From: a virus
IMG/VR virus record: IMGVR_UViG_3300025597_000015
Coordinates: 1 to 58,305 of that record
Length of the DNA: 58,305 bases
Reading direction: 5' to 3' (one strand)
Shown here: in pieces, positions 1-9,905 of the stretch
How the letters are laid out: each line of letters starts with the position of its first letter
Position numbering within the stretch: position 1 is the stretch's first letter
Position numbers and translations under genes: made by a program
Notes under the pieces: generated by a model
What the model was told of the DNA's origin: nothing
Databases searched by the model: none
What the model saw: the letters and a program-made list of their open reading frames with translations, nothing else

Positions 1-127
1 ATTATATAATAATATATAGAAAAACAAGTAAACTTTAATAAAAACAAGTAAAAATAAGTAAATATGGGTATCATCAAATCAGTATTTTAAAAAAATAAAA
101 ATTAGAAATACTGATTATCGACCTTGA
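1..127. repeat. exact terminal overlap, copy 1 (identical to 58179..58305)
   Basis: Bases 1-127 match the last 127 bases exactly. This implies a circular or terminally redundant molecule of 58178 bp. 127 is also a common assembler k-mer length. Confidence 0.95.
77..116. repeat. 11-bp perfect inverted repeat (AATCAGTATTT / AAATACTGATT) with an 18-nt A-rich spacer
   Basis: Read directly at 77-87 and 106-116; lies in the non-coding arm. Confidence 0.8.
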
Positions 128-283
128 CTTGCATACAAAAACGTTCAAAAAAATCACCCTTATCCAACATTATGCTTGCTAGTAATATTTGGTTTATCGA
201 GGTGAAATTTATTTCAAATATTTTTGAAACTTAACCAAAAACCTACCTTTTTGATTAAATTAACAATTGTGAATTTTAAGTGT

Positions 284-308
284 CGAAATTAATTTCGTTA
301 ATTAACGA
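284..308. promoter_or_regulatory. two overlapping perfect 14-nt palindromes (CGAAATTAATTTCG, TCGTTAATTAACGA), operator-like
   Basis: Palindromes read at 284-297 and 295-308 in ORF-free DNA. Confidence 0.5.
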
Positions 309-363
309 ACTATATTTTCCGGGCACATAGTTTGTATAATTATACTATACTTTTAAAATCGAT

Positions 364-452
364 TCTATGGTTCTATTGTAAACAAATAAAATACAATAGA
401 GACAATGCACTAAATATATGGATAAGTGTCCATAATCTATAGGTTCTATTGT
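364..452 (+). repeat. direct repeat TCTAT(G/AG)GTTCTATTGT, two copies (364-379, 436-452)
   Basis: Two near-identical 16-17-mers. The first copy also forms an 8-bp inverted repeat with ACAATAGA downstream. Confidence 0.6.
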
Positions 453-467
453 TAAAATGCTCTTTTG
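452..467 (+). promoter_or_regulatory. 16-mer TTAAAATGCTCTTTTG, also present on the minus strand at 44056..44071
   Basis: Exact 16-nt match between two intergenic regions. Each copy is oriented like the genes downstream of it. Confidence 0.45.
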
Positions 468-574
468 TAAATAAACTATAGATTATCAGGAGTGAACTAT
501 AGAGATTGTAATGTATTATTTACTTAATTATAATATTCGTTAATAGATGTATGATCAATTCGACAAATAACGAA

Positions 575-800
575 ATGGTATCCGGGCACAATGCGGCATG
601 TGTGTTTTGGGGCAGTCTAATCATAGCACCTCATTAGAGCCATGCCAAGGCATCTAGAGCAGACTTTAGGTTCTCAATGCACATTTGTGCGAAAAAGTAA
701 ATAGTCGTCAACAGAATGAAGATCACGCCGGAGAATTGAATTATATCCGGAAATAAAAATAAAAGTATTGTAGCAATTAGTAGTCAAATCCGGAAAGAAA
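575..800. ncRNA. second G+C-enriched ORF-free island; candidate small structured RNA or regulatory region
   Basis: No ORF. Nested helices: GGCATG 596-601 with CATGCC 641-646 enclosing TCTAAT/ATTAGA; CCGGA/TCCGG at 728-750. TCCGGGCACA occurs at 581-590 and also at 318-327. Confidence 0.3.
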
Positions 801-1073
801 GTGTTACTAATAACAAGTGTGAAGATTTTCTAATAGTATATATAGGTTTGTGTTAATTTATTTTAGTTTACTTTTATAAAAATCGCCTTTATAATATAAA
901 AATATAAATGGCGAAAAATATAAATTTTTAAATAGATGTCGTTATTTAAGCCACTATTTTTGGATCGGAAAGTGGTTTTTCAAATCATTCACGTCGATAA
1001 CGTCGAAGATATAATTTATTATATATACATATTATAAATAAACTATATATAATCTCAAATAAAATAACTATTC

Positions 1074-1388
1074 ATGTTAAAACCTATATTTATATCTAAT
1101 GGATTATATTATGAAGATTGGGAAATAATCAAATGTTTACTTATTGAAGAAAAATATATTCCACAAATAATGAAACACTTTAACGTAATATATGAAAAAA
1201 ATAGAATAGTAGAAAAAGAAAGACGAGAAAATTACATAAATCATATAACTAATAAAACAAAGGATAGAGATCCAGAGATACGTAAAAAGTTAATTCATGT
1301 TACAGTATCGGATATTTATAATTATCTTAAAGAAAATAAAATAGAATATCAGGAATTTGATATGGAAAATATAATTGGAGAATGTTAA
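1074..1388 (+). CDS. hypothetical protein
   Basis: 104-aa ORF, first gene of the plus-strand arm. Confidence 0.6.
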   Translation: MLKPIFISNGLYYEDWEIIKCLLIEEKYIPQIMKHFNVIYEKNRIVEKERRENYINHITNKTKDRDPEIRKKLIHVTVSDIYNYLKENKIEYQEFDMENIIGEC

Positions 1389-1389
1389 A

Positions 1390-1653
1390 ATGAAAATTTA
1401 TATTATTGGTATTTGTGATTGCGAAGGTTCACGAAATGAATATACTTGTGTTACTAAAGAACTTGCATTAAAAAGATGGAATGAAATAAGATTAAGATTA
1501 ATAAAAGAAAACAATGAATTATGGAAAGATTGTGAGTCTAAAGAATTGGGTGAAGAAATAAATAAAAATTTATCAGAAACAGATCCTACAAAATTAAATA
1601 ATTATCCTCAAGAACAACCATTTATACAAGAAATAGAATTAGAATTGTGTTAA
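1390..1653 (+). CDS. hypothetical protein
   Basis: ORF track gives 1375..1653. The ATG at 1390 follows a GGAG site and starts just after the upstream stop. Confidence 0.6.
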   Translation: MKIYIIGICDCEGSRNEYTCVTKELALKRWNEIRLRLIKENNELWKDCESKELGEEINKNLSETDPTKLNNYPQEQPFIQEIELELC

Positions 1654-1691
1654 CAAACTATTTAAATAAAGTCAAATAGATAAATATAAAT

Positions 1692-2015
1692 ATGCGATCC
1701 TACATTTTAAAAAACTATGATGAGTTTCTTGTTACTGATAAAAACATTGAGACTTTTATGAATCGTATAGGAATAGAGTGCGAACTTTCAGTCATTGATG
1801 GATCATTTATTATAAAATTTGAAAGAGAACCATCGCCCGAATTACTTGAATATTGTCGCGACTTTTGGGAAGCAGATGCCGTGATTGACCGCGATTTCCT
1901 GATTTCTGAAGCAATTGATGATATTAATGTAATTACTGATGAATATGATGACTTAGACGAAATGCGTGCAGCAATTGAGAGTCGCCTCGAAAGACTAAAG
2001 TTTGAAATGGAGTGA
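1692..2015 (+). CDS. hypothetical acidic protein
   Basis: 107-aa ORF; the antisense ORF 1715..2110 is low-complexity. Confidence 0.65.
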   Translation: MRSYILKNYDEFLVTDKNIETFMNRIGIECELSVIDGSFIIKFEREPSPELLEYCRDFWEADAVIDRDFLISEAIDDINVITDEYDDLDEMRAAIESRLERLKFEME

Positions 2016-2084
2016 TTATCATGCCGTGTGGTGGAAAGAAAAAGAAACAGCCAAAACCAAAGAAGTGAAAAGGAAGTTATAATA

Positions 2085-2252
2085 ATGTTGTTAGATTCTA
2101 AAAAACTCAATTCATTTTTAGATAAACATGGCGCGTGTCATGGAACCTTTAAAATCACAAATAAGGGAAATACCGTGAAGGTGCGTTGTATGACTTGTAA
2201 TGATGTGGAAAATATTACTGCCCGTGAACCGCTGGAGTTTAGCGATGACTGA
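2085..2252 (+). CDS. small Cys/His protein
   Basis: ATG at 2085 preceded by AAGGAAG; contains C-H...C-x2-C; the track ORF starts earlier at a GTG (2028). Confidence 0.5.
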   Translation: MLLDSKKLNSFLDKHGACHGTFKITNKGNTVKVRCMTCNDVENITAREPLEFSDD

Positions 2253-2763
2253 CTGTCCCTTGTGCGGTTCTGGACGGCGAGCACAACGCTGGACTGAAGC
2301 CCTTCATAAAGGCACAAAGAGCGTCCTTGAGGCACAGCGCGAATTTGGAATGTCTAAAGAGGCAGTAGAGGCGCATCTTTTCCAGCATTCGCCAACATGG
2401 AATGCCGTGCCAGCGATTAAAGAAGAAGTTTCCGAACGTGATTATTATATTCGTCAATTATCGCAAATGGAAATTGATCTTCATAAGATGCTTGAAGATG
2501 TAGTGGACTTTAATGCAACGTCTCCTGATACAATTAGGTCGGCAACCTCTCTTACAAAAGAAATCCGCGAAACGTTGCGACTTTTGGGTGAAATTACCAA
2601 AGTTATATCTAATGATGAGACTGCCGAACTCGAACGTGCCATTTTAGATATGAGAACCAATTATCTTACTCTTACTAATATTGTTACTACACAGTGCTGT
2701 CCCATGTGTCAGAAGAAGATTCTCGATGCTATAGATACACAGCGCAAATTATTGGGGAAATAA
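2245..2763 (+). CDS. putative terminase small subunit
   Basis: ATG at 2245 after GGAG. CxxC pairs at both ends (CPLCG, CPMCQ), an HTH-like stretch and a coiled middle. Sits immediately upstream of the large terminase. Confidence 0.45.
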   Translation: MTDCPLCGSGRRAQRWTEALHKGTKSVLEAQREFGMSKEAVEAHLFQHSPTWNAVPAIKEEVSERDYYIRQLSQMEIDLHKMLEDVVDFNATSPDTIRSATSLTKEIRETLRLLGEITKVISNDETAELERAILDMRTNYLTLTNIVTTQCCPMCQKKILDAIDTQRKLLGK

Positions 2764-2764
2764 T

Positions 2765-4258
2765 ATGGTAAAAGATAAAATAAAAACATTACCATCTATA
2801 GATAATCTTTCTTCTGATGCAATGAGATATATGCAAACAGTTATTAAAGGAAAAAATGATCCTATTTGGTTTATAGAAAATGTATTAGATGTAAAAATGT
2901 TTCCAAAACAAGCAGAAATAACACGGGAATTTTATAAACACAAATATCTTAATGAAAAGACACCATATTATAAAACTCTTGTTTTGGGATTGGGAATGCG
3001 TAGTGGCAAGACGGCATTAGGTGGTATGTTAGCAGCATATGAATTATTTGATATAATGACTCTTGATTCCCCATCAGAATATTATGGATTATTAAAAAAT
3101 CAACCCATTATGATCCCTGTTGTCGCTCCTTCCGAAAGACAGGTAACAGATGGTGTTTTCTATAATGTTGCTAATATTTTAGAAAATTCTGAATGGATAA
3201 CTTCTTGGACTGATTTACAATTTAGATCGGAAGAAATATTCTCTCCTTCAAAGCATCTTGCAATTAAACCATTTAGTTCTTGGGCGACTAGTGGAAGAGG
3301 TGCCACATCTAAATGTGTTATATTGGATGAGTTGGATCTATTTGAAACGACGACATCAAAACGTGGAGCAACGGAAGTTTATAATGCACTTACTAAATCT
3401 ACTGCAACATTAGGAATGGATGGACATATTTTTGCATTATCTTCTCTTATGTCGCCAACTTCTATTATGTCAACTCTCATTAAAAAGGCAGAAATGGATA
3501 GGGAAGCAAATCCCACAACATTTAAAACTCTTGCTTATAAAATTCCAACATGGGAAGCAAATCCGCATATTTCATTTAAACAACTTGAAGAAGAATTTAA
3601 ATTCGATATGCCTACATTGTGGCGAGATTACGGTTGTAAGCCCGAAATGTGGAATGCACTCGAATTTCCACGCGGAGTCAATTTAAAACAATTTCCAAAT
3701 GCATTATTAGAACCAAACTGTGCAGCACCTAACAAAATGCGTGTTATGGCAATTGATCCCGCTGTGCGTAATGATTCATTTGGTGTTGCGGTGGGATATA
3801 AAACAGAAGATGGAAAAATTATTGTTGATGGGGCAACTAAATTTAGACGCAAAGATGGAGAACCAATTATTAAACCATCTGATATTAAAAACTTTATTAA
3901 CTCGATGTGTAATAATTTAAATGTTTATGCATTAGTATTTGATGTATGGATGTTTCCCGATATTATTGAAGATGCACAGTTACAGGGATTAATAACAGAA
4001 AAGCATATTGTATATAAAGAAGATTACGATCTTGTAAAATCTTTAATGGATGCCAATAAACTTGACGTTGTTTATGATACAGAATTAAAGATTGAATTTG
4101 AACAATTAGAAGTTAAAGGTGGCACAAAGCCCCGTGTTGACCACCCAGTATCTGGTGGAAAAGATATCGCTGATTGTGTTGCAAATGTTGTATGGTATCT
4201 TTCAAGTCGTGAATCAATAGAACCAGTATATAATTTTACAAGTATAACAACATTTTAA
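2765..4258 (+). CDS. terL: terminase large subunit
   Basis: 497 aa. Walker A GMRSGKT, Walker B ILDELD, C-terminal RNase-H-like nuclease segment AIDPAVRNDSFGV. Upstream of the portal gene. Confidence 0.9.
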   Translation: MVKDKIKTLPSIDNLSSDAMRYMQTVIKGKNDPIWFIENVLDVKMFPKQAEITREFYKHKYLNEKTPYYKTLVLGLGMRSGKTALGGMLAAYELFDIMTLDSPSEYYGLLKNQPIMIPVVAPSERQVTDGVFYNVANILENSEWITSWTDLQFRSEEIFSPSKHLAIKPFSSWATSGRGATSKCVILDELDLFETTTSKRGATEVYNALTKSTATLGMDGHIFALSSLMSPTSIMSTLIKKAEMDREANPTTFKTLAYKIPTWEANPHISFKQLEEEFKFDMPTLWRDYGCKPEMWNALEFPRGVNLKQFPNALLEPNCAAPNKMRVMAIDPAVRNDSFGVAVGYKTEDGKIIVDGATKFRRKDGEPIIKPSDIKNFINSMCNNLNVYALVFDVWMFPDIIEDAQLQGLITEKHIVYKEDYDLVKSLMDANKLDVVYDTELKIEFEQLEVKGGTKPRVDHPVSGGKDIADCVANVVWYLSSRESIEPVYNFTSITTF

Positions 4259-4267
4259 GGTGATTAT

Positions 4268-4420
4268 ATGGAAAGTGTAGCAGAAGATATTTTTAAAGAT
4301 ATTATAGAAAGCAATCCAGATTTGACTCCAGAACAAAGGATTGTAGTATGGGAAATTGTTAAAGAAACTTGTGATGATATTAATACAATGAAAGAGCGTG
4401 TGTCATGTTTGAACGTATAA
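4268..4420 (+). CDS. small hypothetical protein (50 aa)
   Basis: ATG preceded by AAGGTGAT; overlaps the portal start by 16 nt; shorter than the ORF-track cut-off. Confidence 0.4.
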   Translation: MESVAEDIFKDIIESNPDLTPEQRIVVWEIVKETCDDINTMKERVSCLNV

Positions 4421-5880
4421 AAGCATTTTTTTCTAATATTACTAATGTGGCAACTGGTTCGACACAGATTGCTGCTCAAAAAAGTATCGTGCAGAATATT
4501 GTTGGTAACTGGATAGAACAGTCGCAGTTCCAAAATATGTCTGCGCCCAAAATTTATTCACAGTTTATGCAGATTGAACCTGAAGTTGCTGGTGCAATAG
4601 ATAGATATGGAACTCTTGTGGCGCAATCTTATAAAGGGGTTTATATAGAACAGGGTAATGAACTTGATGAAAAAGAACAAAAGATGTTACTTGCGGCAAG
4701 AGAATTAGAAAATACAATGAAAATTAAAGATCATTTTGAAGCAACTGCCGAAATGTTAATGGGGCATGGCAATTGTTATATTATTCCTAATAAAGATGGA
4801 ACAATTACTTATCTTCCTCCAGAATATATTACTATTATTGAAGATATGAAACAACTTGGTTCTGCATCCTCTACAACTATTATGACACAGCCAAATATTC
4901 TTGTGCTTAATGAGCGTGGACTTCAAGAATTAGATACAAAAACATATCGTAAAGGTTCTTTTATTCATGTAAAATATAAAGAAACTCCACAGATTGTTAC
5001 TGATATTTATGGACGGCGAACATTTGGTTTCTATGCTGTCTCACCCCTCGAAAGAACTACAATGACAATTTGGTGGAAACGTCAAATAATGATTCTTGAT
5101 GTGTTATGGAGATACCGTAATCTCCCGCGTGATCATCACCAAATTAAAGCAGAAGTCTATTCACTTGATAAATATAGTGGAACAGACTGGGCTACAAAAC
5201 GTGCAAAAGCAAAGGCTGATGCAGATTCCTTCATTAAAATATATGCAGATGCAGTTGCAAATCAGGCACCAGATCAGGGATATGTTTCATTAGATACAAT
5301 CAAAATTGATCGTATTGGCGGAAATAATGTTGATTTGGGAACAAATGAATTAATGAAACAGATTGAAGATCATATCTGGACTGCATTAAATATTCCTCCA
5401 TCAAGTGTGAATGGAACTGGTGCGGGATCATATGCATCAGAACTTGTTATTAGTAATTATGTATCTGGTAAAGTTGTTCAGATTGCAGAAAAGATTCGTC
5501 CTGTGTTCTTGGATTTAATGAGAAAGAGACTTCTTGAAATTGATTCATCTTTCCCTGTTAATAAATTAAATATGAAACTTGAACTCACAATGGCTGCTTC
5601 TGAAATGGAAAATATGCGCCAGATGGTATTAATGGCAAGTGTGCCAATATTTACAGAAACAGAACTGCGTCAGAAAGTTGGTTATAAGTCTCTTACTGAT
5701 GAACAGCGTGAGAGTATTGTTTCAACAAAGGCGTCTGAAACTTCTGCACAGGCGGAGAAGATGCCTGATATTGAAGATGGTGAATATCCTAATACACCAA
5801 TGTCAGACGAACAAAAGACAAGAGATGTTTCCCAAAATGCTTTAAGAAGTGATGAAATGTCTAATAATAGAAAGGAATAA
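4405..5880 (+). CDS. portal protein
   Basis: 491-aa ORF directly after terL; size and position are typical of portals. Confidence 0.75.
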   Translation: MFERIKAFFSNITNVATGSTQIAAQKSIVQNIVGNWIEQSQFQNMSAPKIYSQFMQIEPEVAGAIDRYGTLVAQSYKGVYIEQGNELDEKEQKMLLAARELENTMKIKDHFEATAEMLMGHGNCYIIPNKDGTITYLPPEYITIIEDMKQLGSASSTTIMTQPNILVLNERGLQELDTKTYRKGSFIHVKYKETPQIVTDIYGRRTFGFYAVSPLERTTMTIWWKRQIMILDVLWRYRNLPRDHHQIKAEVYSLDKYSGTDWATKRAKAKADADSFIKIYADAVANQAPDQGYVSLDTIKIDRIGGNNVDLGTNELMKQIEDHIWTALNIPPSSVNGTGAGSYASELVISNYVSGKVVQIAEKIRPVFLDLMRKRLLEIDSSFPVNKLNMKLELTMAASEMENMRQMVLMASVPIFTETELRQKVGYKSLTDEQRESIVSTKASETSAQAEKMPDIEDGEYPNTPMSDEQKTRDVSQNALRSDEMSNNRKE

Positions 5881-5941
5881 GTTTAAATAGACTCAAAAAT
5901 ATAAATATAATAGTTATATTTAAACTTTTTGGTGATGCTTT

Positions 5942-7264
5942 ATGGTAATGTTTTCAGAACCCATTGTATGGCGTAACACCAAAGTTCTGAAAGTTTCTGG
6001 TATCACTGTTAAGCCCGGTGTTTTTACGAGTAGAGAAGGTAGAGAAGTTCCATTTAACACAGAAATGTGTAAATCTCTTTTTTCTAATTTTGAATCCTCT
6101 ACTCCATCTTATCTTACACATGACGACCGTGATTCATGCGGATATATGTATAAATTGGGATATGATGAAGAAACTGATACAATTCACTATGAAGGTTTCG
6201 TGTTTGATCCTGATAAAGCAGACCGTATTGTAAACGATGGTTTTGATAGTGTTTCTCCTGAAATTGAAGTAGATAAGATTGATGGGAAAATTACTGGTGG
6301 TAAAATTACTGGTATTGCTTTTGTTAGAAATCCAGCAATTAAAGGAACTACGGTGAATAAAATGTATGTTTCGTTTTCTACACCAACGCATACTTGGGAT
6401 TATAATAAATCCGATTCTTCATGGTCTAAACCAGCATTAAAAGATTTTACAGAAAAATCTTGGGAAGAATTATCTAATACTGAAAAACGTGAAATTGCTG
6501 CTCATTTTGCTTATGCAGTAAATATGCCTCCTGCTTCTTTTGGAGATTTAAAGTTTCCTCATCACGATCCTAAAACTCATGATGTTGTGTGGAAAGCAGT
6601 TGCTAATGCAATGGCACGTTTAAATCAGGCAGATATTTCTGATGCTGATAAAAAGGCTGTATATAATCATTTAGTTAAACATTATAAGGAGTTTGAAAAA
6701 GAACCTCCCGAAATGTTTGATGATGGATGTGTAAATAATATGGTAAATACAAGTTATACTATGACTTCGACAAATGGATCTTATTCATTTGTTCCAATAA
6801 CTGTTTCTTCAACTGGTGTTAATTTTAGTGAACCAGATGCTAAAGATTTGAAGATTAAAGAACTTGAGAATAAGATCGCATCGTTTGAGGCAGCATCCGT
6901 GATTGTTCCTCCGGTTGTTGTTCCTGAAGTACCTAAAGCACCAGAGATGCCAAGGGATCCTGAAGTTGATTATAAATCAAAATATGATTCTATTATGAAG
7001 AATCAGATTGATTCAATTGAAGGAGAATTAAAAAATCTTGGTGTGAAAGGTATTGAAAGTATTGGTAGCAATTTAGATTCTGAAACAAGATATAATATTC
7101 TTCGTGCATTTAAAGAATCGTTTGTTATCAATAAACCTACTACAACTCCGCCTGAAACAATTCAGACGCAGCCAGTGGGTGAATCAAAAGAACAGAAAAT
7201 TGAAAAACTTATGAAGGAAAATGGTATTGATTCTTCGTATAAAAAATATATAAAGGTGAACTAA
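5942..7264 (+). CDS. prohead protease / scaffold fusion (putative)
   Basis: GGTGAT SD. The N-terminal ~150 aa resemble a prohead serine protease (ITGIAFVRNPAIKGT). The C-terminal half is charged and coil-like. Lies between portal and capsid genes. Confidence 0.55.
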   Translation: MVMFSEPIVWRNTKVLKVSGITVKPGVFTSREGREVPFNTEMCKSLFSNFESSTPSYLTHDDRDSCGYMYKLGYDEETDTIHYEGFVFDPDKADRIVNDGFDSVSPEIEVDKIDGKITGGKITGIAFVRNPAIKGTTVNKMYVSFSTPTHTWDYNKSDSSWSKPALKDFTEKSWEELSNTEKREIAAHFAYAVNMPPASFGDLKFPHHDPKTHDVVWKAVANAMARLNQADISDADKKAVYNHLVKHYKEFEKEPPEMFDDGCVNNMVNTSYTMTSTNGSYSFVPITVSSTGVNFSEPDAKDLKIKELENKIASFEAASVIVPPVVVPEVPKAPEMPRDPEVDYKSKYDSIMKNQIDSIEGELKNLGVKGIESIGSNLDSETRYNILRAFKESFVINKPTTTPPETIQTQPVGESKEQKIEKLMKENGIDSSYKKYIKVN

Positions 7265-7265
7265 T

Positions 7266-7688
7266 ATGTCAGGTGGATGGTTAGCAGGTGTTCAGTCTCC
7301 GGGTGTTTCTTATACTCTTAAGACTGCCGTAACGAATGCAGGAACTCTTGTCAAGAAAACCACAGTTGCTGGTGAAATGGATACTTGTGGTGCTGGTGAT
7401 AAGCCCGATGGTTATACTATGGGTACTACTTATGATGCCTTTGGTGTTGCACAGGCTGGTGTAAAGGGCGCGGTGCTTCCTCTTATTGAAGGCAATATTA
7501 TCGAAGTTCCTCTCCTCTCTACTAATGCAGAAATTTCAGTTAACGATGAACTTGAAACAACTGCTGGTGGAACTGTTGATAAGAAATCTACTGCTGGTGA
7601 GATTGTTGGTAAGGCTGAAGAAGCAAAGGGCGCAAGCACTGGTGGATTTATTAAAATTCGTGTGAATAAATATACAGCAAGTGCATAA
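7266..7688 (+). CDS. head decoration-like protein (putative)
   Basis: 140-aa Gly/Ala/Thr-rich ORF between the scaffold and the major capsid gene. Confidence 0.45.
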   Translation: MSGGWLAGVQSPGVSYTLKTAVTNAGTLVKKTTVAGEMDTCGAGDKPDGYTMGTTYDAFGVAQAGVKGAVLPLIEGNIIEVPLLSTNAEISVNDELETTAGGTVDKKSTAGEIVGKAEEAKGASTGGFIKIRVNKYTASA

Positions 7689-7699
7689 GGTGATTTAAA

Positions 7700-8575
7700 A
7701 TGACTACAGAAAAACTTAATTTTGGTGTAACTTCTTCAGATTCGGATATTGCTCTTGAAAATATTCTCAAGGAAATCGTCTACCAGAAGGCAGATGAAAT
7801 GCTTGCTGGAAAGCAGGCAATTCCGATGAAGTCAACACCCGGTCTTGACTATAAGTTTGTTATTCCTGAAAACTGGTATCTTGAAGCAGAGGAAATCTCT
7901 GAAGGTTCCCGTGCAAATATCAAGAATATGAAAACTTTTGAGATTTCGGGTTCTCTTAAAAAGTATCAGATTCCTATTTTCATGAATGATGAAGTTAAGG
8001 CTCGTCAGATTCAGAATGCACAGATGCAGATTTCGCTTGATGCGGCTGCTTCTGGTCTTGCATGGAAGAAGGATACTGAAATCTTTACTGCTCTTTCTGC
8101 TGGTGCAGGGGAAACTATTTCTGCAACGGCACAGTGGGGTGCTAATGGCTCTGATCCTGCAACTGATATTGCGAACGCAGTTGGTAAGATTCTTGAGAAT
8201 ACTACCATCACGGATTCAGAAATTAATAACATTGCATATTTCTATCCTGCAAAACTCTTTGGACATACTGCAAAGCCTCTTCAGATTGGTGACGTGCAGG
8301 AGTCTCTTCGTGCATGGGTAAGTCGTGAGTTTGCAATCAAACTGGTTCCAACTCGTCAGTTAACTACAACTGGTCTTGCAATTGTTAATACGCCTCGTAT
8401 GGGGTGCCATTATACTCATGATGGTTCTGCCATTCAGGGCGTAGAACAGTATCGTGAGGCTGGAGTCGGTGATGGTTTTATTTTAACCCAGTACTTTAAG
8501 AGTGTTATTATTCCCACTGTTAAAGGAGGTTCGACCACTAAATATATCGTTAAGACAACTGGTTTAGATTCTTAA
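7700..8575 (+). CDS. major capsid protein (HK97-type gene order)
   Basis: 291 aa, AAGGTGAT SD, positioned after protease/scaffold, followed by a hairpin and T-run. Confidence 0.7.
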   Translation: MTTEKLNFGVTSSDSDIALENILKEIVYQKADEMLAGKQAIPMKSTPGLDYKFVIPENWYLEAEEISEGSRANIKNMKTFEISGSLKKYQIPIFMNDEVKARQIQNAQMQISLDAAASGLAWKKDTEIFTALSAGAGETISATAQWGANGSDPATDIANAVGKILENTTITDSEINNIAYFYPAKLFGHTAKPLQIGDVQESLRAWVSREFAIKLVPTRQLTTTGLAIVNTPRMGCHYTHDGSAIQGVEQYREAGVGDGFILTQYFKSVIIPTVKGGSTTKYIVKTTGLDS

Positions 8576-8593
8576 ACCAGTAAATAATTTTTT
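8559..8593 (+). terminator. hairpin (CTGGTTTA/TAAACCAG, 8 bp) plus a T-run after the capsid gene
   Basis: Stem at 8559-8566 and 8573-8580; T6 at 8588-8593, rather far from the stem. Confidence 0.35.
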
Positions 8594-8625
8594 GGTGATA
8601 AACCGATTAAATTAGGAGAAACAAT

Positions 8626-9036
8626 ATGGCAATTATAATTCCATCCCTCATTTTACGAGTTCAGGCTATATTGTCTGATCTCCCCGATAATCTAATTAGT
8701 GATGAACAGATATATATTGATTTAAAATCTGCAAAAATATATATAGATTCTATTAAGCGTGATGCTTATTCTAATGATACTTTTGAAGAAGAAGCACTTG
8801 TAAGACTTGGTGCTTATTTATCTTATACAAATTATACTTCACTTGCAGAACGCCAACTTGGTACTCTCCCCCAATCTACAGATATTAAAATGGTTGCACT
8901 TCGACGCAATGCATTAATTTATTTACGTCAGATGTCTGATTTTAAGATTAATGATGATTTATCTGTAGATGATACTGCGGCAGAAAAGTCTTATGCAGTT
9001 ACCATTGCTGCTGCTCCAAGTGTGTTCAGTGATTAA
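8626..9036 (+). CDS. head-tail connector (putative)
   Basis: 136-aa ORF immediately after the capsid gene; call is by position. Confidence 0.45.
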   Translation: MAIIIPSLILRVQAILSDLPDNLISDEQIYIDLKSAKIYIDSIKRDAYSNDTFEEEALVRLGAYLSYTNYTSLAERQLGTLPQSTDIKMVALRRNALIYLRQMSDFKINDDLSVDDTAAEKSYAVTIAAAPSVFSD

Positions 9037-9037
9037 A

Positions 9038-9574
9038 ATGAGAATTGATATTCGTGTGCAGAGTCTTAAACGAGTAAATAAACGATTTACTTCAGTTCAA
9101 AAATTTCTTAAAAATCCTAAAAATAAATTAAAATATAATGAAATGGAAAATAGAGTTCATAATCATTGGATATTAATGTGTAAACATTATTTCAATGCTA
9201 GAAGTAATAGTGGATTTAGAACCGATATGTTATTACAACAGGCACAAACATTATCAATACGTAAAAATAGTATAATTGTTCATATGATAAAAGTAGGACG
9301 TAAAACAAAAGGATATAATTCTTCTGGTGGTGCTATTAGAAATTTGCCAGTTTTACTGTTTATTACTGGTGCTAGAAGTTCTGATGCAAAATCAAAAAAT
9401 TGGGCTGGTATGTATTATCCTAAATGGGACTGTCGGGTACAAACTGGTAAACATCCAGGAATTTCGCCATCAACTGGTAAAAGGATGTGGAAAAATTTTG
9501 TAAGAAACGTTACACCAGATATAAAAAGTGTATTTTATAAATCATATAAGAAGGTTTTATATGACAACTATTGA
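9038..9574 (+). CDS. head-tail joining protein (putative)
   Basis: ATG at 9038, 2 nt after the upstream stop; basic 178-aa protein; call is by position. Confidence 0.4.
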   Translation: MRIDIRVQSLKRVNKRFTSVQKFLKNPKNKLKYNEMENRVHNHWILMCKHYFNARSNSGFRTDMLLQQAQTLSIRKNSIIVHMIKVGRKTKGYNSSGGAIRNLPVLLFITGARSSDAKSKNWAGMYYPKWDCRVQTGKHPGISPSTGKRMWKNFVRNVTPDIKSVFYKSYKKVLYDNY

Positions 9575-9905
9575 TAATGTCAAAACTGGACTTCAAAGTA
9601 TTGGTTATAGAGTTTCTTTATCACCAGTTGAATCTATTGGAGAAAAAGAAGTTGTTATAACAATAGAGGACTTTGAAATTGAAGTAGAGACATCAACTTC
9701 TTATTTTTTTAAACAAACATATGCAATAAATTGGTATTCTGATAATATTATTTCTATTGCAGAAGCAATTTCAAAAATAGTTAAAGTTGTTGATACTGCA
9801 TGTTCTCCATCAGCAAGGGATTTTAAATTTGAAAATCCTGATATTTCGAGAGAAGGAACAGCATATACGATTACATTAAAATTTAGTTATACAGAGATGA
9901 TTTAA
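9561..9905 (+). CDS. neck / tail-completion protein (putative)
   Basis: ATG at 9561 after AAGAAGG; immediately precedes the tail tube gene. Confidence 0.4.
   Translation: MTTIDNVKTGLQSIGYRVSLSPVESIGEKEVVITIEDFEIEVETSTSYFFKQTYAINWYSDNIISIAEAISKIVKVVDTACSPSARDFKFENPDISREGTAYTITLKFSYTEMI

Noticed and set aside
1-127. The 127-bp exact repeat at both ends, read as a biological direct terminal repeat.
   Set aside because: The length equals a very common maximum assembler k-mer, and the repeat breaks in the middle of featureless AT-rich DNA. It is most simply the overlap signature of a circularly closing assembly. True physical termini cannot be inferred without read-level data.
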